Below are positions 9,202-17,774 of a DNA stretch of 61,975 bases, piece after piece. The position numbers and the translations under genes were made by a program. Location: positions 1-61,975 of IMG/VR virus record IMGVR_UViG_3300037247_001905, one strand, 5' to 3'. The stretch's first letter is position 1. The number at the start of each line of letters is the position of its first letter. The notes under the pieces are model-generated. The model ran no database searches, was not told the DNA's origin, and saw nothing but the letters and a program-made list of their open reading frames with translations. This DNA is from a virus. Lineage: Duplodnaviria > Caudoviricetes.

Positions 9202-9966
9202 ATGACCGCACTCGCCACCGCCCCCACCCAAATCCCCGTCGAGACCTCCGGCATCGTCATTGCTCACAACCCGGCCGAAATGAAAACGGCCCGCACCAAA
9301 CTCACCGCCTGGGCCGCCGATAAGGAGGCAGCCGCCCAAGCCGAACTCGACGACATCGCCGCCTGTCTCGAAGTCGCCGAGCGCAACAAACAGCGCACCT
9401 CCACCCTCAAACGTCTCCGCCTGCGCGCCACACGCCGCCTCGAATACTTCGAGAAGATCCGCCTTGCCCTCGACGCTGGCTACGTCATCGTGCCCGACAT
9501 GGGCGGGGACATCTTCGCCATCCGCACGACCGCCGAACTTCCCCACGGCGGCGAAGTCACCACCCGCTACGGCAAGCCCATCGTAAACGACGAGCGCGAG
9601 AAGGCTCTGCCCACCGGCGAGGGCGACTACGTCGACGCCGAACCCACCCAACAAAACTACACCAGCAAAGACACCGATCACAACGGCAAAGAGATCACCG
9701 TCAACGCCGCCTACCCCCTCGCGTGGCGGGGCGTTGAACTCCCCTCGTTCGCCGCCAAGCCCGTCATCTTCGCCGACCTCGAACGCGCCATGCAGGACCG
9801 CATCTTCGACGAATTCGCCATCGCCCCCTCCCGCAAGTCCAGCCGCACCGACCCCACCATCACCGGCCGCATCATTCACCCCTCCGACGCGGGCAAGCTC
9901 TTGTGGCGCCGCCGCGCCGTCACCTTCCTCATCGCCTGGTGGATCGACCCCACCGACCTCGAATAA
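9202..9966 (+). CDS. Hypothetical protein
   Basis: AAAGGAG RBS; 254 aa. Confidence 0.85.
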   Translation: MTALATAPTQIPVETSGIVIAHNPAEMKTARTKLTAWAADKEAAAQAELDDIAACLEVAERNKQRTSTLKRLRLRATRRLEYFEKIRLALDAGYVIVPDMGGDIFAIRTTAELPHGGEVTTRYGKPIVNDEREKALPTGEGDYVDAEPTQQNYTSKDTDHNGKEITVNAAYPLAWRGVELPSFAAKPVIFADLERAMQDRIFDEFAIAPSRKSSRTDPTITGRIIHPSDAGKLLWRRRAVTFLIAWWIDPTDLE

Positions 9967-10007
9967 CCCCTTGACACCCACTCACACCCCCGCTACCCTG
10001 TCCTGAC

Positions 10008-10628
10008 ATGCCCACCCCCGACCCCCACACCGATCCCCTCGTCCGCGCCGCGATCGACGTCGCCGCTATAGCCACCGACGCCCTCGTGCTCACCTTCAAG
10101 GGCGAGGGCATCGCGTGGGCCTCCCTCGGCCTCTTCCTCGTCTCCCGCGCCTGCCAACTCCACGACCCTCCATCCGCAACCACCGACGCTTTCATCGAGC
10201 GCACCCTCTACGACTGGTTCACCCGCGCCTGCGTCACCCCGACCACCCCCGTCTCCGAAGCAATCCCCCGCCTTCTCAGGATCATGGCCACCCAAACCAA
10301 CCCTGCTACTACGCACGGCTTGGGCGGCAAGGAAACTCTCGAGAGCAAGCCCCGGCAACAGGGCTGTACCGAGCGCGCCGTTCTCATCCTGGCAGACGAA
10401 CTGCGGAAGCCTAATGTCCGCGCGGTCTACTGCTGTCTGACACCTACCGCGCGCACATCATTCATGGATCGTGTTATTGCAGCGCTCAAATGTGACCTGT
10501 CCGTCTCCGCGCGCACCGATGACCGCATCGACTTTGCAAACGGTTCTACCCTGACGATTCCCATTGAACTCACCAGAACGGGCAGCAATGTGTCACAAGT
10601 GCATAACCTGCGGCGTCGCCACCGTTGA
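10008..10628 (+). CDS. Hypothetical protein
   Basis: 206-aa ORF with arm-typical codon bias. Confidence 0.6.
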   Translation: MPTPDPHTDPLVRAAIDVAAIATDALVLTFKGEGIAWASLGLFLVSRACQLHDPPSATTDAFIERTLYDWFTRACVTPTTPVSEAIPRLLRIMATQTNPATTHGLGGKETLESKPRQQGCTERAVLILADELRKPNVRAVYCCLTPTARTSFMDRVIAALKCDLSVSARTDDRIDFANGSTLTIPIELTRTGSNVSQVHNLRRRHR

Positions 10629-10769
10629 CCGTTCAGGCGGTGTCTGTATCCCCTGCCGCGACGCCCGCCTCATGGAACTTCGTCGCCAGTCAAACTACAG
10701 CCACAAGTCACGCGGCGACATCAACGGCCACTGCGAGCAGCGCACCCCGCCTCCCCGAAGGAAAGAACA

Positions 10770-10979
10770 ATGCCTCGTAAGCCCAAACTGACGATGTCTC
10801 CAATCAACCGCGCGATCGCTAGCAAAGAACGCGCCATCAAGAACCTGCGCAACCGCGCCCGTAGCGTCAAGCTAGACGCCGACGTCGAGATCATGCGTCT
10901 CCTTGACAAAGCCACCGAACACGAGGCCATCCTTAGCGCCCTCTGTGTCGTCAGGCAACAGCGCAGCAAGAGCAAGTAA
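10770..10979 (+). CDS. Small basic hypothetical protein
   Basis: GAAGGA RBS. Confidence 0.6.
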   Translation: MPRKPKLTMSPINRAIASKERAIKNLRNRARSVKLDADVEIMRLLDKATEHEAILSALCVVRQQRSKSK

Positions 10980-10980
10980 C

Positions 10981-11175
10981 ATGGCAATGACACCCTACGA
11001 CCGTAACTGTCTTATTGTACTCGTTGTGATATGGGTAACAACGGCACTCATTCTAGGGGCGTGCATGATTGCAGTTCTCCAGGACGCAACGGTTTCCATC
11101 CGATGGTATGCTCAATGGGCAATCTTTGGCCAAGTCTATTGCACACTTAGTCTTTGGTTCACGTCCCTAAAATGA
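10981..11175 (+). CDS. Small membrane protein (2 hydrophobic segments)
   Basis: LIVLVVIWVTTALILGACMIAVL; locally AT-rich. Confidence 0.5.
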   Translation: MAMTPYDRNCLIVLVVIWVTTALILGACMIAVLQDATVSIRWYAQWAIFGQVYCTLSLWFTSLK

Positions 11176-11915
11176 CTCCCCTCCCCGCCCATCCCGACTG
11201 TACCGCCTGTGAACTTCACGAACACGCACAGTCCGTCGGTCTGCCTACGGTCCATGAGGGATTGCCGCCCAAGCCGAATGCGCCCGCTGTGTTCGCCATC
11301 GGCCAGAACCCCGGCAACGACGAGGACATCCACGGCTTGCCGTTCGTTGGCCCCTCGGGCGCCCTCCTGCGCGGCGCACTCTTCACCCCCAGCGACGAAC
11401 TCACGCTCAACCCCGCGCTTGGCGAGTTTCAGCCCGGCATCTACTTCCATCCACACAAACTTCACGCCCGCTGCTCCATCTACATCACCAACACCGTGCG
11501 CTGTCACACCGGCGCCAACGCCAAGCCCGGCTACCGCGCCCACATTGTCCCCTGCGCCCCGCACACCCTTGTCGACCTTACCGCCGTCCTCGACACCCAC
11601 CACGAATGCGACCGCAACATTGTGCTCTGCCTGGGCGCCGTTGCCGCCGACTTCGTCTGGAAGCTTGTGCTCGGCAACTCTCGAGCCCGTCCCATGAAAG
11701 AACACTTCGGGCACCAGGGCGAACTCCACGCCATCGACGGCCGCCCCTTCACCCTCTTCTTTACCTACCACCCGGCGGCCGTCATCCGTGACTGGAACCT
11801 CTCGCACGCCGTTGAGGGCCACATGAAACTCCTCAGCGACTTCCTCGACGGCATTGTCCCCTTTATCTCCAAACCCACCATCGTCCCCGTCCGCATCCTC
11901 GGCGCCCCCAGATAG
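11172..11915 (+). CDS. udg: Uracil-DNA glycosylase superfamily protein (family 4/5-like, Fe-S cysteines)
   Basis: CTACELH, IGQNPG..ED..G.PFVGPSG.LL, YITNTVRC, TYHPAA. Confidence 0.88.
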   Translation: MTPLPAHPDCTACELHEHAQSVGLPTVHEGLPPKPNAPAVFAIGQNPGNDEDIHGLPFVGPSGALLRGALFTPSDELTLNPALGEFQPGIYFHPHKLHARCSIYITNTVRCHTGANAKPGYRAHIVPCAPHTLVDLTAVLDTHHECDRNIVLCLGAVAADFVWKLVLGNSRARPMKEHFGHQGELHAIDGRPFTLFFTYHPAAVIRDWNLSHAVEGHMKLLSDFLDGIVPFISKPTIVPVRILGAPR

Positions 11916-11925
11916 GAACACTGCC

Positions 11926-12189
11926 ATGAGCATCGACATTGCAAACGTGCTTGCAGCCAACGTCTCCATTGAATCGTTCGACGCCAACAATGTACGGGTT
12001 ACACTTGAAGACCTTGAACTGGGCGAATCCATCCCCGTTGGTACGGTTCTTGAGGACTACACGGCAACGGACATCCTTAGCGAGTTCGAGGCCGCCGAGA
12101 TCGTTGAACACTTTGATGTCGTTGCGCTGCTCGACGAAATCGGCCGTGATCGTGTCATTGAATACTTCGACATCAAAGAGATTGAATGA
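11926..12189 (+). CDS. Small acidic protein, paralog of 12951..13157
   Basis: LLDEIGRDRVIEYFDI vs LLDAIGEDAAMKHFDL. Confidence 0.75.
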   Translation: MSIDIANVLAANVSIESFDANNVRVTLEDLELGESIPVGTVLEDYTATDILSEFEAAEIVEHFDVVALLDEIGRDRVIEYFDIKEIE

Positions 12190-12458
12190 AACTCGCCTCT
12201 GTCCATCCCAACTTTTCCGTGCGCCAACTGCTCGTCCTCTCCTGCCTTACCGACGAGCCCGAGCGGGGCAACGTTGTTCGTCACCGCTTCGAGCAGCGCT
12301 GCTACGTCATCGCTGATACACTCTTCTACCGTGCCCTGCACCAACTCCACAAACACGGCTTGGTCGCCGCCAGCGGCACCGAGCACGTCTACTGGCGGCG
12401 CAGCGCCAAGGGCCGCGACCTTCTGCAATCCGTCCACACCGCAACCACAACCCCCTGA
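12186..12458 (+). CDS. Putative winged-helix (PadR-like) DNA-binding protein
   Basis: FYRALHQLHKHGLV...YWRRSAKGRDLL. Confidence 0.55.
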   Translation: MKLASVHPNFSVRQLLVLSCLTDEPERGNVVRHRFEQRCYVIADTLFYRALHQLHKHGLVAASGTEHVYWRRSAKGRDLLQSVHTATTTP

Positions 12459-12470
12459 CCGAAAGGACCG

Positions 12471-12914
12471 TTGGTGCCACTCGAACCAACACTAATCGAA
12501 AAGCAGACGCTCGCCGCTGAGATCCTCGCCTACAGCAAGGTGTATGACTACACGCGCAGCGCTATCGGCGGCGACGCCGTTGAGTCCTTCGTCCGCCGGA
12601 TGCTCAACGATCTCGGGCTCTCCATCAACGACCAGACGGTGCGCCCCACCAAGGACCGCGTGCTCATCCGCCGCGACAACCCCGCCACTCACACCGCCGC
12701 CAACGTCGAGATCCCCGAAGACTCCCGCGAGACACCCAACAGCGGTACCGTCGTCGCCGTCGGCGAAGACCTCGCCGCCGAAGATCCCCCGCGCATCCGC
12801 CCCGGCGACCGCGTCGTCATCGGCGAGTTCGCGGGCACCGAAACGCCCAACCCGCTTGGCGGACCCCCGCTCCTCATCGTCTCCTACGACGCCGTCTGCG
12901 CCATTCTCGACTAA
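12471..12914 (+). CDS. groES: GroES/Cpn10 co-chaperonin with N-terminal extension
   Basis: VRPTKDRVLIRR, GTVVAVG, IRPGDRVVIGEFAGTE, LIVSYDAVCAIL. Confidence 0.88.
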   Translation: MVPLEPTLIEKQTLAAEILAYSKVYDYTRSAIGGDAVESFVRRMLNDLGLSINDQTVRPTKDRVLIRRDNPATHTAANVEIPEDSRETPNSGTVVAVGEDLAAEDPPRIRPGDRVVIGEFAGTETPNPLGGPPLLIVSYDAVCAILD

Positions 12915-12950
12915 CCCCGCCAAAGAACACCCCAGCACAGGAAATAAGCC

Positions 12951-13157
12951 ATGGAAGATGTCACGATCACAGCCACCGACGTCGAGATCAGCACGGCGCT
13001 CCAGAACAACCACATTCGGCTCGTCATCTCGGGTGCCGACCTGAGCGAGTTGAATCCTCAGACGATCGTGGATGCCCAGGACACCGATGAACTGCTCGAC
13101 GCAATCGGTGAGGATGCGGCAATGAAGCACTTTGACCTCATCAAGAACGAGGGCTGA
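12951..13157 (+). CDS. Small acidic protein, paralog of 11926..12189
   Basis: Shared C-terminal pattern; AGGA RBS. Confidence 0.7.
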   Translation: MEDVTITATDVEISTALQNNHIRLVISGADLSELNPQTIVDAQDTDELLDAIGEDAAMKHFDLIKNEG

Positions 13158-13162
13158 ACTGC

Positions 13163-13366
13163 ATGGAACTCACACCAGAAAACAAATCACACATCGACGC
13201 GCTCTCGTACCGATCACTCCTGTCACGATGGCGCAATACACCTGCCGGTGACGAGTGGTTCCAAGGAGCAACAGGCATGTATTGGGGCAAGCGCATGAAC
13301 GAACTCCGTGCGCAACCGGGCGGCGACGAGAGACACGTCCGCGCCAGCAAAGACATCGGCTGGTAG
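13163..13366 (+). CDS. Hypothetical protein
   Basis: 67 aa, tiles between neighbours. Confidence 0.7.
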   Translation: MELTPENKSHIDALSYRSLLSRWRNTPAGDEWFQGATGMYWGKRMNELRAQPGGDERHVRASKDIGW

Positions 13367-13378
13367 AAAGCAGAACAA

Positions 13379-13567
13379 ATGGCAGAAGAAACAGCAGCAG
13401 AGCAACCCAAGAAGATCGAGGACTACCTCGGCGACGGGGTCTACGCGACGTTCGACGGCTACCACCTCTGGCTTGACCTGCGAGGGCAGGACAGCACCAC
13501 GAGGATCGCCCTGGAACCGGCGGTGCTCGACGCTCTGGACAGATTCAGGAAGCGGGTGATGCCATGA
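13379..13567 (+). CDS. Hypothetical protein
   Basis: DYLGDGVYATFDG...IALEP motif typical of small phage proteins. Confidence 0.75.
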   Translation: MAEETAAEQPKKIEDYLGDGVYATFDGYHLWLDLRGQDSTTRIALEPAVLDALDRFRKRVMP

Positions 13568-13803
13568 ACAAACACACACGAGTACGCGGCGCCAAGGGCC
13601 GTAGGGAGGACAAGTTCGTTCCCTACAAGGTGCTCATCACTAGCGTTCGGATCACACAGACGCCCGGGCACGATCAGGTCGAAATCTTCAACCGTGGACA
13701 AAAGACCGGCGACATCTTCGTAAGGATCGGCGACGGTGCCATGATCGCACTGTTGCTATTACCGTCAGGTGTCTGGGAAGACGAAAGCCCGCGCTCGCGC
13801 TAA
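13564..13803 (+). CDS. Hypothetical protein
   Basis: ATGA overlap. Confidence 0.55.
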   Translation: MNKHTRVRGAKGRREDKFVPYKVLITSVRITQTPGHDQVEIFNRGQKTGDIFVRIGDGAMIALLLLPSGVWEDESPRSR

Positions 13804-13818
13804 CCGATAAGACCGCAA

Positions 13819-16062
13819 ATGACAGACCCCCGCGTCATCTCGCTAGACATTGAAACCTACGGCGCCTGTAAACACAACACACGCGGCGACCCGCTCCCCG
13901 AACAGACCGTCTTCCACCCGCTCAAGGCGCTCGCCCATGACCGTGTCGCCCCGCGCGACCTCATTCTTACCTGTTCCATTACCATCCCCAAGGAAGATCC
14001 ACGATGCCACAACCTCAAATCGCCATCACACAATACAAAAGCGGAGACAACACCAAAACAGTTGTCACGCTCCCGACGGCGGAAGAAACCGCCGAATGGC
14101 TCGTTGCCGTCATCACAGCCACGGAATCTGCCTTGGAGCGCCAGCGCAATAGCGGCGATGGTACCGGGTGACACTTGGGTCTACGACTTCGCCAACCCTA
14201 CGCATCGCCGCATGCTGGCGCGCACCCTTTACTACGCCGATACCATCATTGGCAAGGACGTCGTCTTCGACATTATCCACCTCCGCCGGTTCCCCGCCCT
14301 GCGCGCCGCGCTCGACGGCTTCCGTCACACCCTCATCGACGTCTCGTGGCTCAACTTCCTTCAGTGTGAAGTTCGTCCCGAACGTGCCCTCAAGAACATT
14401 GGCCCTGTCCTTGGCAAGTACCGGTACGACCCCGAGGCCACGCTCGCCGGTGGGCACCGCTATCTTGCTCCCTTCGCCGTCGACGCCAACGGCAACTCCT
14501 GTATGCACTACAACGCCGAAGACACACACAACAGCATTCTTGCCGCCGCCGAGTTTGCCGCTCGCATCATTGACGAGTTCCCCGACACCGATAAGCTCTC
14601 TCCCTTTTGCCTTACCCACTTTTCCGAACTGCAATGGACCGCCGTGCGCATGTCCGAAGCCGGCGTTCCCGTCCACCGCGCATCGCTTGTGGCCCTCGAG
14701 CGATCTCTTACCGCCACCGTCGCCCGCTGTGACAAATCGCTTGCCGCCCAAGCCCTGCAAATGGAGGGCAGGGGCTCTGACTCCTCGCGGCGGGGCTTCA
14801 TTGAGAAAGCCCTTGACCACATCGACGAAACCATCGACGTTGCTGAAGCCATCGAACACGAATCGGTCTGGGTAGCAAAGCATTTGGTACACATCACCAA
14901 GACCGGCAAGGTTTCGATGGACGAAACGACGCGGGCCACCGCGCTCCACCTGCTTCCCAAAGACGACACGATCTACCGCCCCGCGCTTGAACTCTGGAAC
15001 GAACGCTCCGTAGCCAACACCCTTATCACCCGGCACACCTGCCCCCTGCTTCGTTACAAACGGCCATCCTCTCTTGGCAAGATGAAAGACAAGCCGCTTG
15101 CTTCCAAACTCGTGCCCTCGCCCCTACCTACCGCGCGCGCTCTCGGCATCGAACTTGCCTACCCCTCGTGGTTCGTTGTTCCCTCGGCGTTCAAGGACGA
15201 TCGCGGCGGGCCGGGCGGCCAGCGTCAAGGCCGGATGAGCGCATCAAGCCCGCCCGTCTCGCAGTGGAACGTCCCGCTCAAACGCTGCGTGCGCTCCCGC
15301 TTTTACAACGGTTCCATCGTTGCCGCAGACCTTTCCCAAATCGAACTTCGCGTTGCGGCCGTCTGTTCGGGCGAGCCCACCATGCTCGACAACTATGCGC
15401 ACGACGGCGACCTGCACGGCGACCGTGCCGTCTTCGTATTCGGCCCCGACGTTGTCAACGATCCCGCCTTTCACAGCGGCGACATGCAGACCGACCCTCG
15501 CCAGTGGGCCAAACGATTCAACTTCGAGGATCTCTACTGGGCGGGCGCCAAGAAGATGCAGGAGATGCTCCTGCTCGAATCTGGTGTCTTCCGCCCCATC
15601 GCCTTCTTCTACGAAGTCGTCGACTCTCGTTCCGAACTCCGGCCCACGCTCTACGCATGGCAGCGATCCCTCGTCGCAAAGGCCCACCGTGACGGCGTGC
15701 TCATCCTCCCGTTCACCGGCCACTCCCGCTCCCTCATCGCCGCCAAACCGAACGAGGCCGTCAACTTCCCCGTCCAGACAATCGCCGCCGTCACAATGGT
15801 TGCTGTCCAACGCGAACTCCACCGCCTTCTGCCCGCGCTCAACCACCCCGCACCACCCTGCTACCTCATTACCAACTGGTACGACGCCAACTACTTCGAC
15901 TGCGCCCCGTCTTTCCTCTCCGAACTCAAAGACGCCTTCGCCATTGCCATCCACCACGTTGCGCACACCGGTTACTGGGCGCAAATCTGTAGCTACTACG
16001 GCCACTACGTCCCTCTCAAGTACGAACTCAAGTCCGCCCCCACCGCCGACGCCGCCGCCTGA
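13819..16062 (+). CDS. polA: Family A DNA polymerase with 3'-5' exonuclease domain (divergent)
   Basis: ExoI SLDIETYG, ExoII GKDVVFDI, ExoIII YNAEDT; GRMS; motif A ADLSQIELRV; motif B RQWAKRFNF...Y; NFPVQ; motif C-like NWYDA. Confidence 0.92.
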   Translation: MTDPRVISLDIETYGACKHNTRGDPLPEQTVFHPLKALAHDRVAPRDLILTCSITIPKEDPRCHNLKSPSHNTKAETTPKQLSRSRRRKKPPNGSLPSSQPRNLPWSASAIAAMVPGDTWVYDFANPTHRRMLARTLYYADTIIGKDVVFDIIHLRRFPALRAALDGFRHTLIDVSWLNFLQCEVRPERALKNIGPVLGKYRYDPEATLAGGHRYLAPFAVDANGNSCMHYNAEDTHNSILAAAEFAARIIDEFPDTDKLSPFCLTHFSELQWTAVRMSEAGVPVHRASLVALERSLTATVARCDKSLAAQALQMEGRGSDSSRRGFIEKALDHIDETIDVAEAIEHESVWVAKHLVHITKTGKVSMDETTRATALHLLPKDDTIYRPALELWNERSVANTLITRHTCPLLRYKRPSSLGKMKDKPLASKLVPSPLPTARALGIELAYPSWFVVPSAFKDDRGGPGGQRQGRMSASSPPVSQWNVPLKRCVRSRFYNGSIVAADLSQIELRVAAVCSGEPTMLDNYAHDGDLHGDRAVFVFGPDVVNDPAFHSGDMQTDPRQWAKRFNFEDLYWAGAKKMQEMLLLESGVFRPIAFFYEVVDSRSELRPTLYAWQRSLVAKAHRDGVLILPFTGHSRSLIAAKPNEAVNFPVQTIAAVTMVAVQRELHRLLPALNHPAPPCYLITNWYDANYFDCAPSFLSELKDAFAIAIHHVAHTGYWAQICSYYGHYVPLKYELKSAPTADAAA
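14004..14171 (+). CDS. Nested 55-aa ORF in an alternative frame inside the polymerase
   Basis: AAGGAAG RBS 7 nt upstream; MPQPQIAITQYKSGDNTKTVVTLPTAEETAEWLVAVITATESALERQRNSGDGTG*. Confidence 0.55.
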   Translation: MPQPQIAITQYKSGDNTKTVVTLPTAEETAEWLVAVITATESALERQRNSGDGTG

Positions 16063-16073
16063 AAGGAATCCCT

Positions 16074-16271
16074 GTGCCCCCTCTGTTGTTCGTTGCCGCA
16101 TGTCTTCTGATTATGGCTTGGCTTTTTTTATGGACAACGTGGCTCAATATATTCATCTTCAGTTTAGAACAAGGGGACGCATCCGTTGAAGGCACTAGCA
16201 TCATTTGGTGGGCTGCCGTTGTGTGTATTGCAGGCGCAATGCTGCTTGCGGGAACGCACTGGTACGCGTAG
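16074..16271 (+). CDS. Small membrane protein
   Basis: GAAAGGA RBS; two hydrophobic segments; AT-rich. Confidence 0.6.
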   Translation: MPPLLFVAACLLIMAWLFLWTTWLNIFIFSLEQGDASVEGTSIIWWAAVVCIAGAMLLAGTHWYA

Positions 16272-16274
16272 CCA

Positions 16275-16649
16275 ATGCACGCGCACTACCTCCTTGTTGA
16301 CGCACTCCTCGCGCGTGGCTACCACCCTACCAACATCGCCCTTGCTCTTTCCCTACACCACCCCGAAATCTATCGGCACTGCGTTTGCTACGACCTGCCT
16401 ACCAACCGCAGGATCACCGCCCGCAGCAAAACGGCCCGCCTCATCCGCCGCCAACTCATCGATCAACTCTGGACCCCCGAAGAAGTCGGCCGGTTCTACC
16501 GTCAGTCCCCCGACAACATCCGTGATATCGCCGGCGGCCACGCCAATCGCCGTACATTCATCTTGCCGCCCAAGCCCCTGATTGCCTACCTCCGGCGTAC
16601 ACTGCTCAACAATGCCCCGCACACAGGTCATCCTGGTGGATCAGCGTGA
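16275..16649 (+). CDS. Hypothetical protein
   Basis: 124-aa ORF. Confidence 0.55.
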   Translation: MHAHYLLVDALLARGYHPTNIALALSLHHPEIYRHCVCYDLPTNRRITARSKTARLIRRQLIDQLWTPEEVGRFYRQSPDNIRDIAGGHANRRTFILPPKPLIAYLRRTLLNNAPHTGHPGGSA

Positions 16650-17157
16650 ACGCAAGCCCCTGCCATTTCCCAAGCGGATCACCGATCTCGAACTGGGGCT
16701 TGGGCGGCAAGGGGCTGTCACCCTCGAGATCCGCCGCAAGAGGCTGGCAGTGGCCGATTACATGCTCGACGGGCTCCGGGGCAACTGCTACACTGCCGGC
16801 GCGGGCGCGGCCGTCATCGAGACCAAACGCTCGCTCTCGGAGTTGCACGGCAATGTCTTCGGAAAGAAGCGACCAAACTTCGTCCGGCTCCTCTCGCGAA
16901 TGCGTGAGCGCTTTAGATTCCCTCTTCTGGTTGTCGAGGGGCTTGTCTTCAACCCGGACGACGAGGACGCCGGTCCTGTCTGCGACGCCTTCCAACGTCT
17001 GCTCATGGAGCATGGCGTCCCGCACCTCATGTTTGCCCCCTGCAACACACCGGCACAGCGAAGGAAACTTGCGTGGTACGCCGCGCGTTGGCTCGTAAAT
17101 GGAGCGTTGACTTATGAGCGCACCCCCCACAATGACGAAGATCGCAACGGTGACTGA
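16612..17157 (+). CDS. ERCC4/XPF-family nuclease
   Basis: ILVDQRERKPL, LAVADY, AVIETKRSLSEL, LLVVEG. Confidence 0.85.
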   Translation: MPRTQVILVDQRERKPLPFPKRITDLELGLGRQGAVTLEIRRKRLAVADYMLDGLRGNCYTAGAGAAVIETKRSLSELHGNVFGKKRPNFVRLLSRMRERFRFPLLVVEGLVFNPDDEDAGPVCDAFQRLLMEHGVPHLMFAPCNTPAQRRKLAWYAARWLVNGALTYERTPHNDEDRNGD

Positions 17158-17764
17158 CGGCACGCAGCGGCGGCAACTCGTCAGCCAGTCCACGCCGCCG
17201 TTTGTTCTCAATCGCGACAGCCAACTGGCGCAGACTACTCCTACCGATCCGTGGGCGACCTTCGAGGCTACACACACGGATGCTGGCAGCGGTCCCGCTG
17301 ATGGCTACAACTGCATCGTCATCCAAAACCCGGAAAACCTGCCCCACCTCAACCTCTACAACTTCATCAAATACACCAGCGGTGCCGTTAGTGCCGCGTG
17401 CAAGATCAGGTGCTTCGGCGCCTTTAGCATGTCGGACATTTCGGCGAACGATCTCAAGGAGCCCGCCTTCTTCGATCCAGACAACTTTGAGTCGTTCATC
17501 AAGTTGCGCACTACGGATCCGGCGACGGCAACCGATTGGTTTGAGCGGTGGTGGCAACCTCTCTACAACCCCGTAACCGGCCTGCACGAAATCGACTTTG
17601 ACACTACGCTCGAATATATTCAGGAGGGGCCGCCGGCCTACCGCATTCAACACGCCAACAACTTCGTCTTTACACGCGGCCTCCAATACGTCGGCGCCGT
17701 CATCTCGCAGGCGATGACCGACATCGTTGGCACGTCAATGGTGCTCGGCACCTTCTCCAGCTAG
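17114..17764 (+). CDS. Hypothetical, possibly virion-associated protein
   Basis: 216 aa; first gene of a structural-looking block. Confidence 0.65.
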   Translation: MSAPPTMTKIATVTDGTQRRQLVSQSTPPFVLNRDSQLAQTTPTDPWATFEATHTDAGSGPADGYNCIVIQNPENLPHLNLYNFIKYTSGAVSAACKIRCFGAFSMSDISANDLKEPAFFDPDNFESFIKLRTTDPATATDWFERWWQPLYNPVTGLHEIDFDTTLEYIQEGPPAYRIQHANNFVFTRGLQYVGAVISQAMTDIVGTSMVLGTFSS

Positions 17765-17774
17765 AGAGGCAGCA

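Noticed and set aside
14004-14171. Intein or group I intron in the polymerase
   Set aside because: Too short, no C-terminal HN intein motif, no recognisable intron core, and the polymerase frame stays open
13819-16062. Z-genome (DpoZ/PurZ) or other base-modification system
   Set aside because: No PurZ, DatZ, thymidylate-synthase-like or queuosine-pathway gene recognised; the motif changes alone are not sufficient
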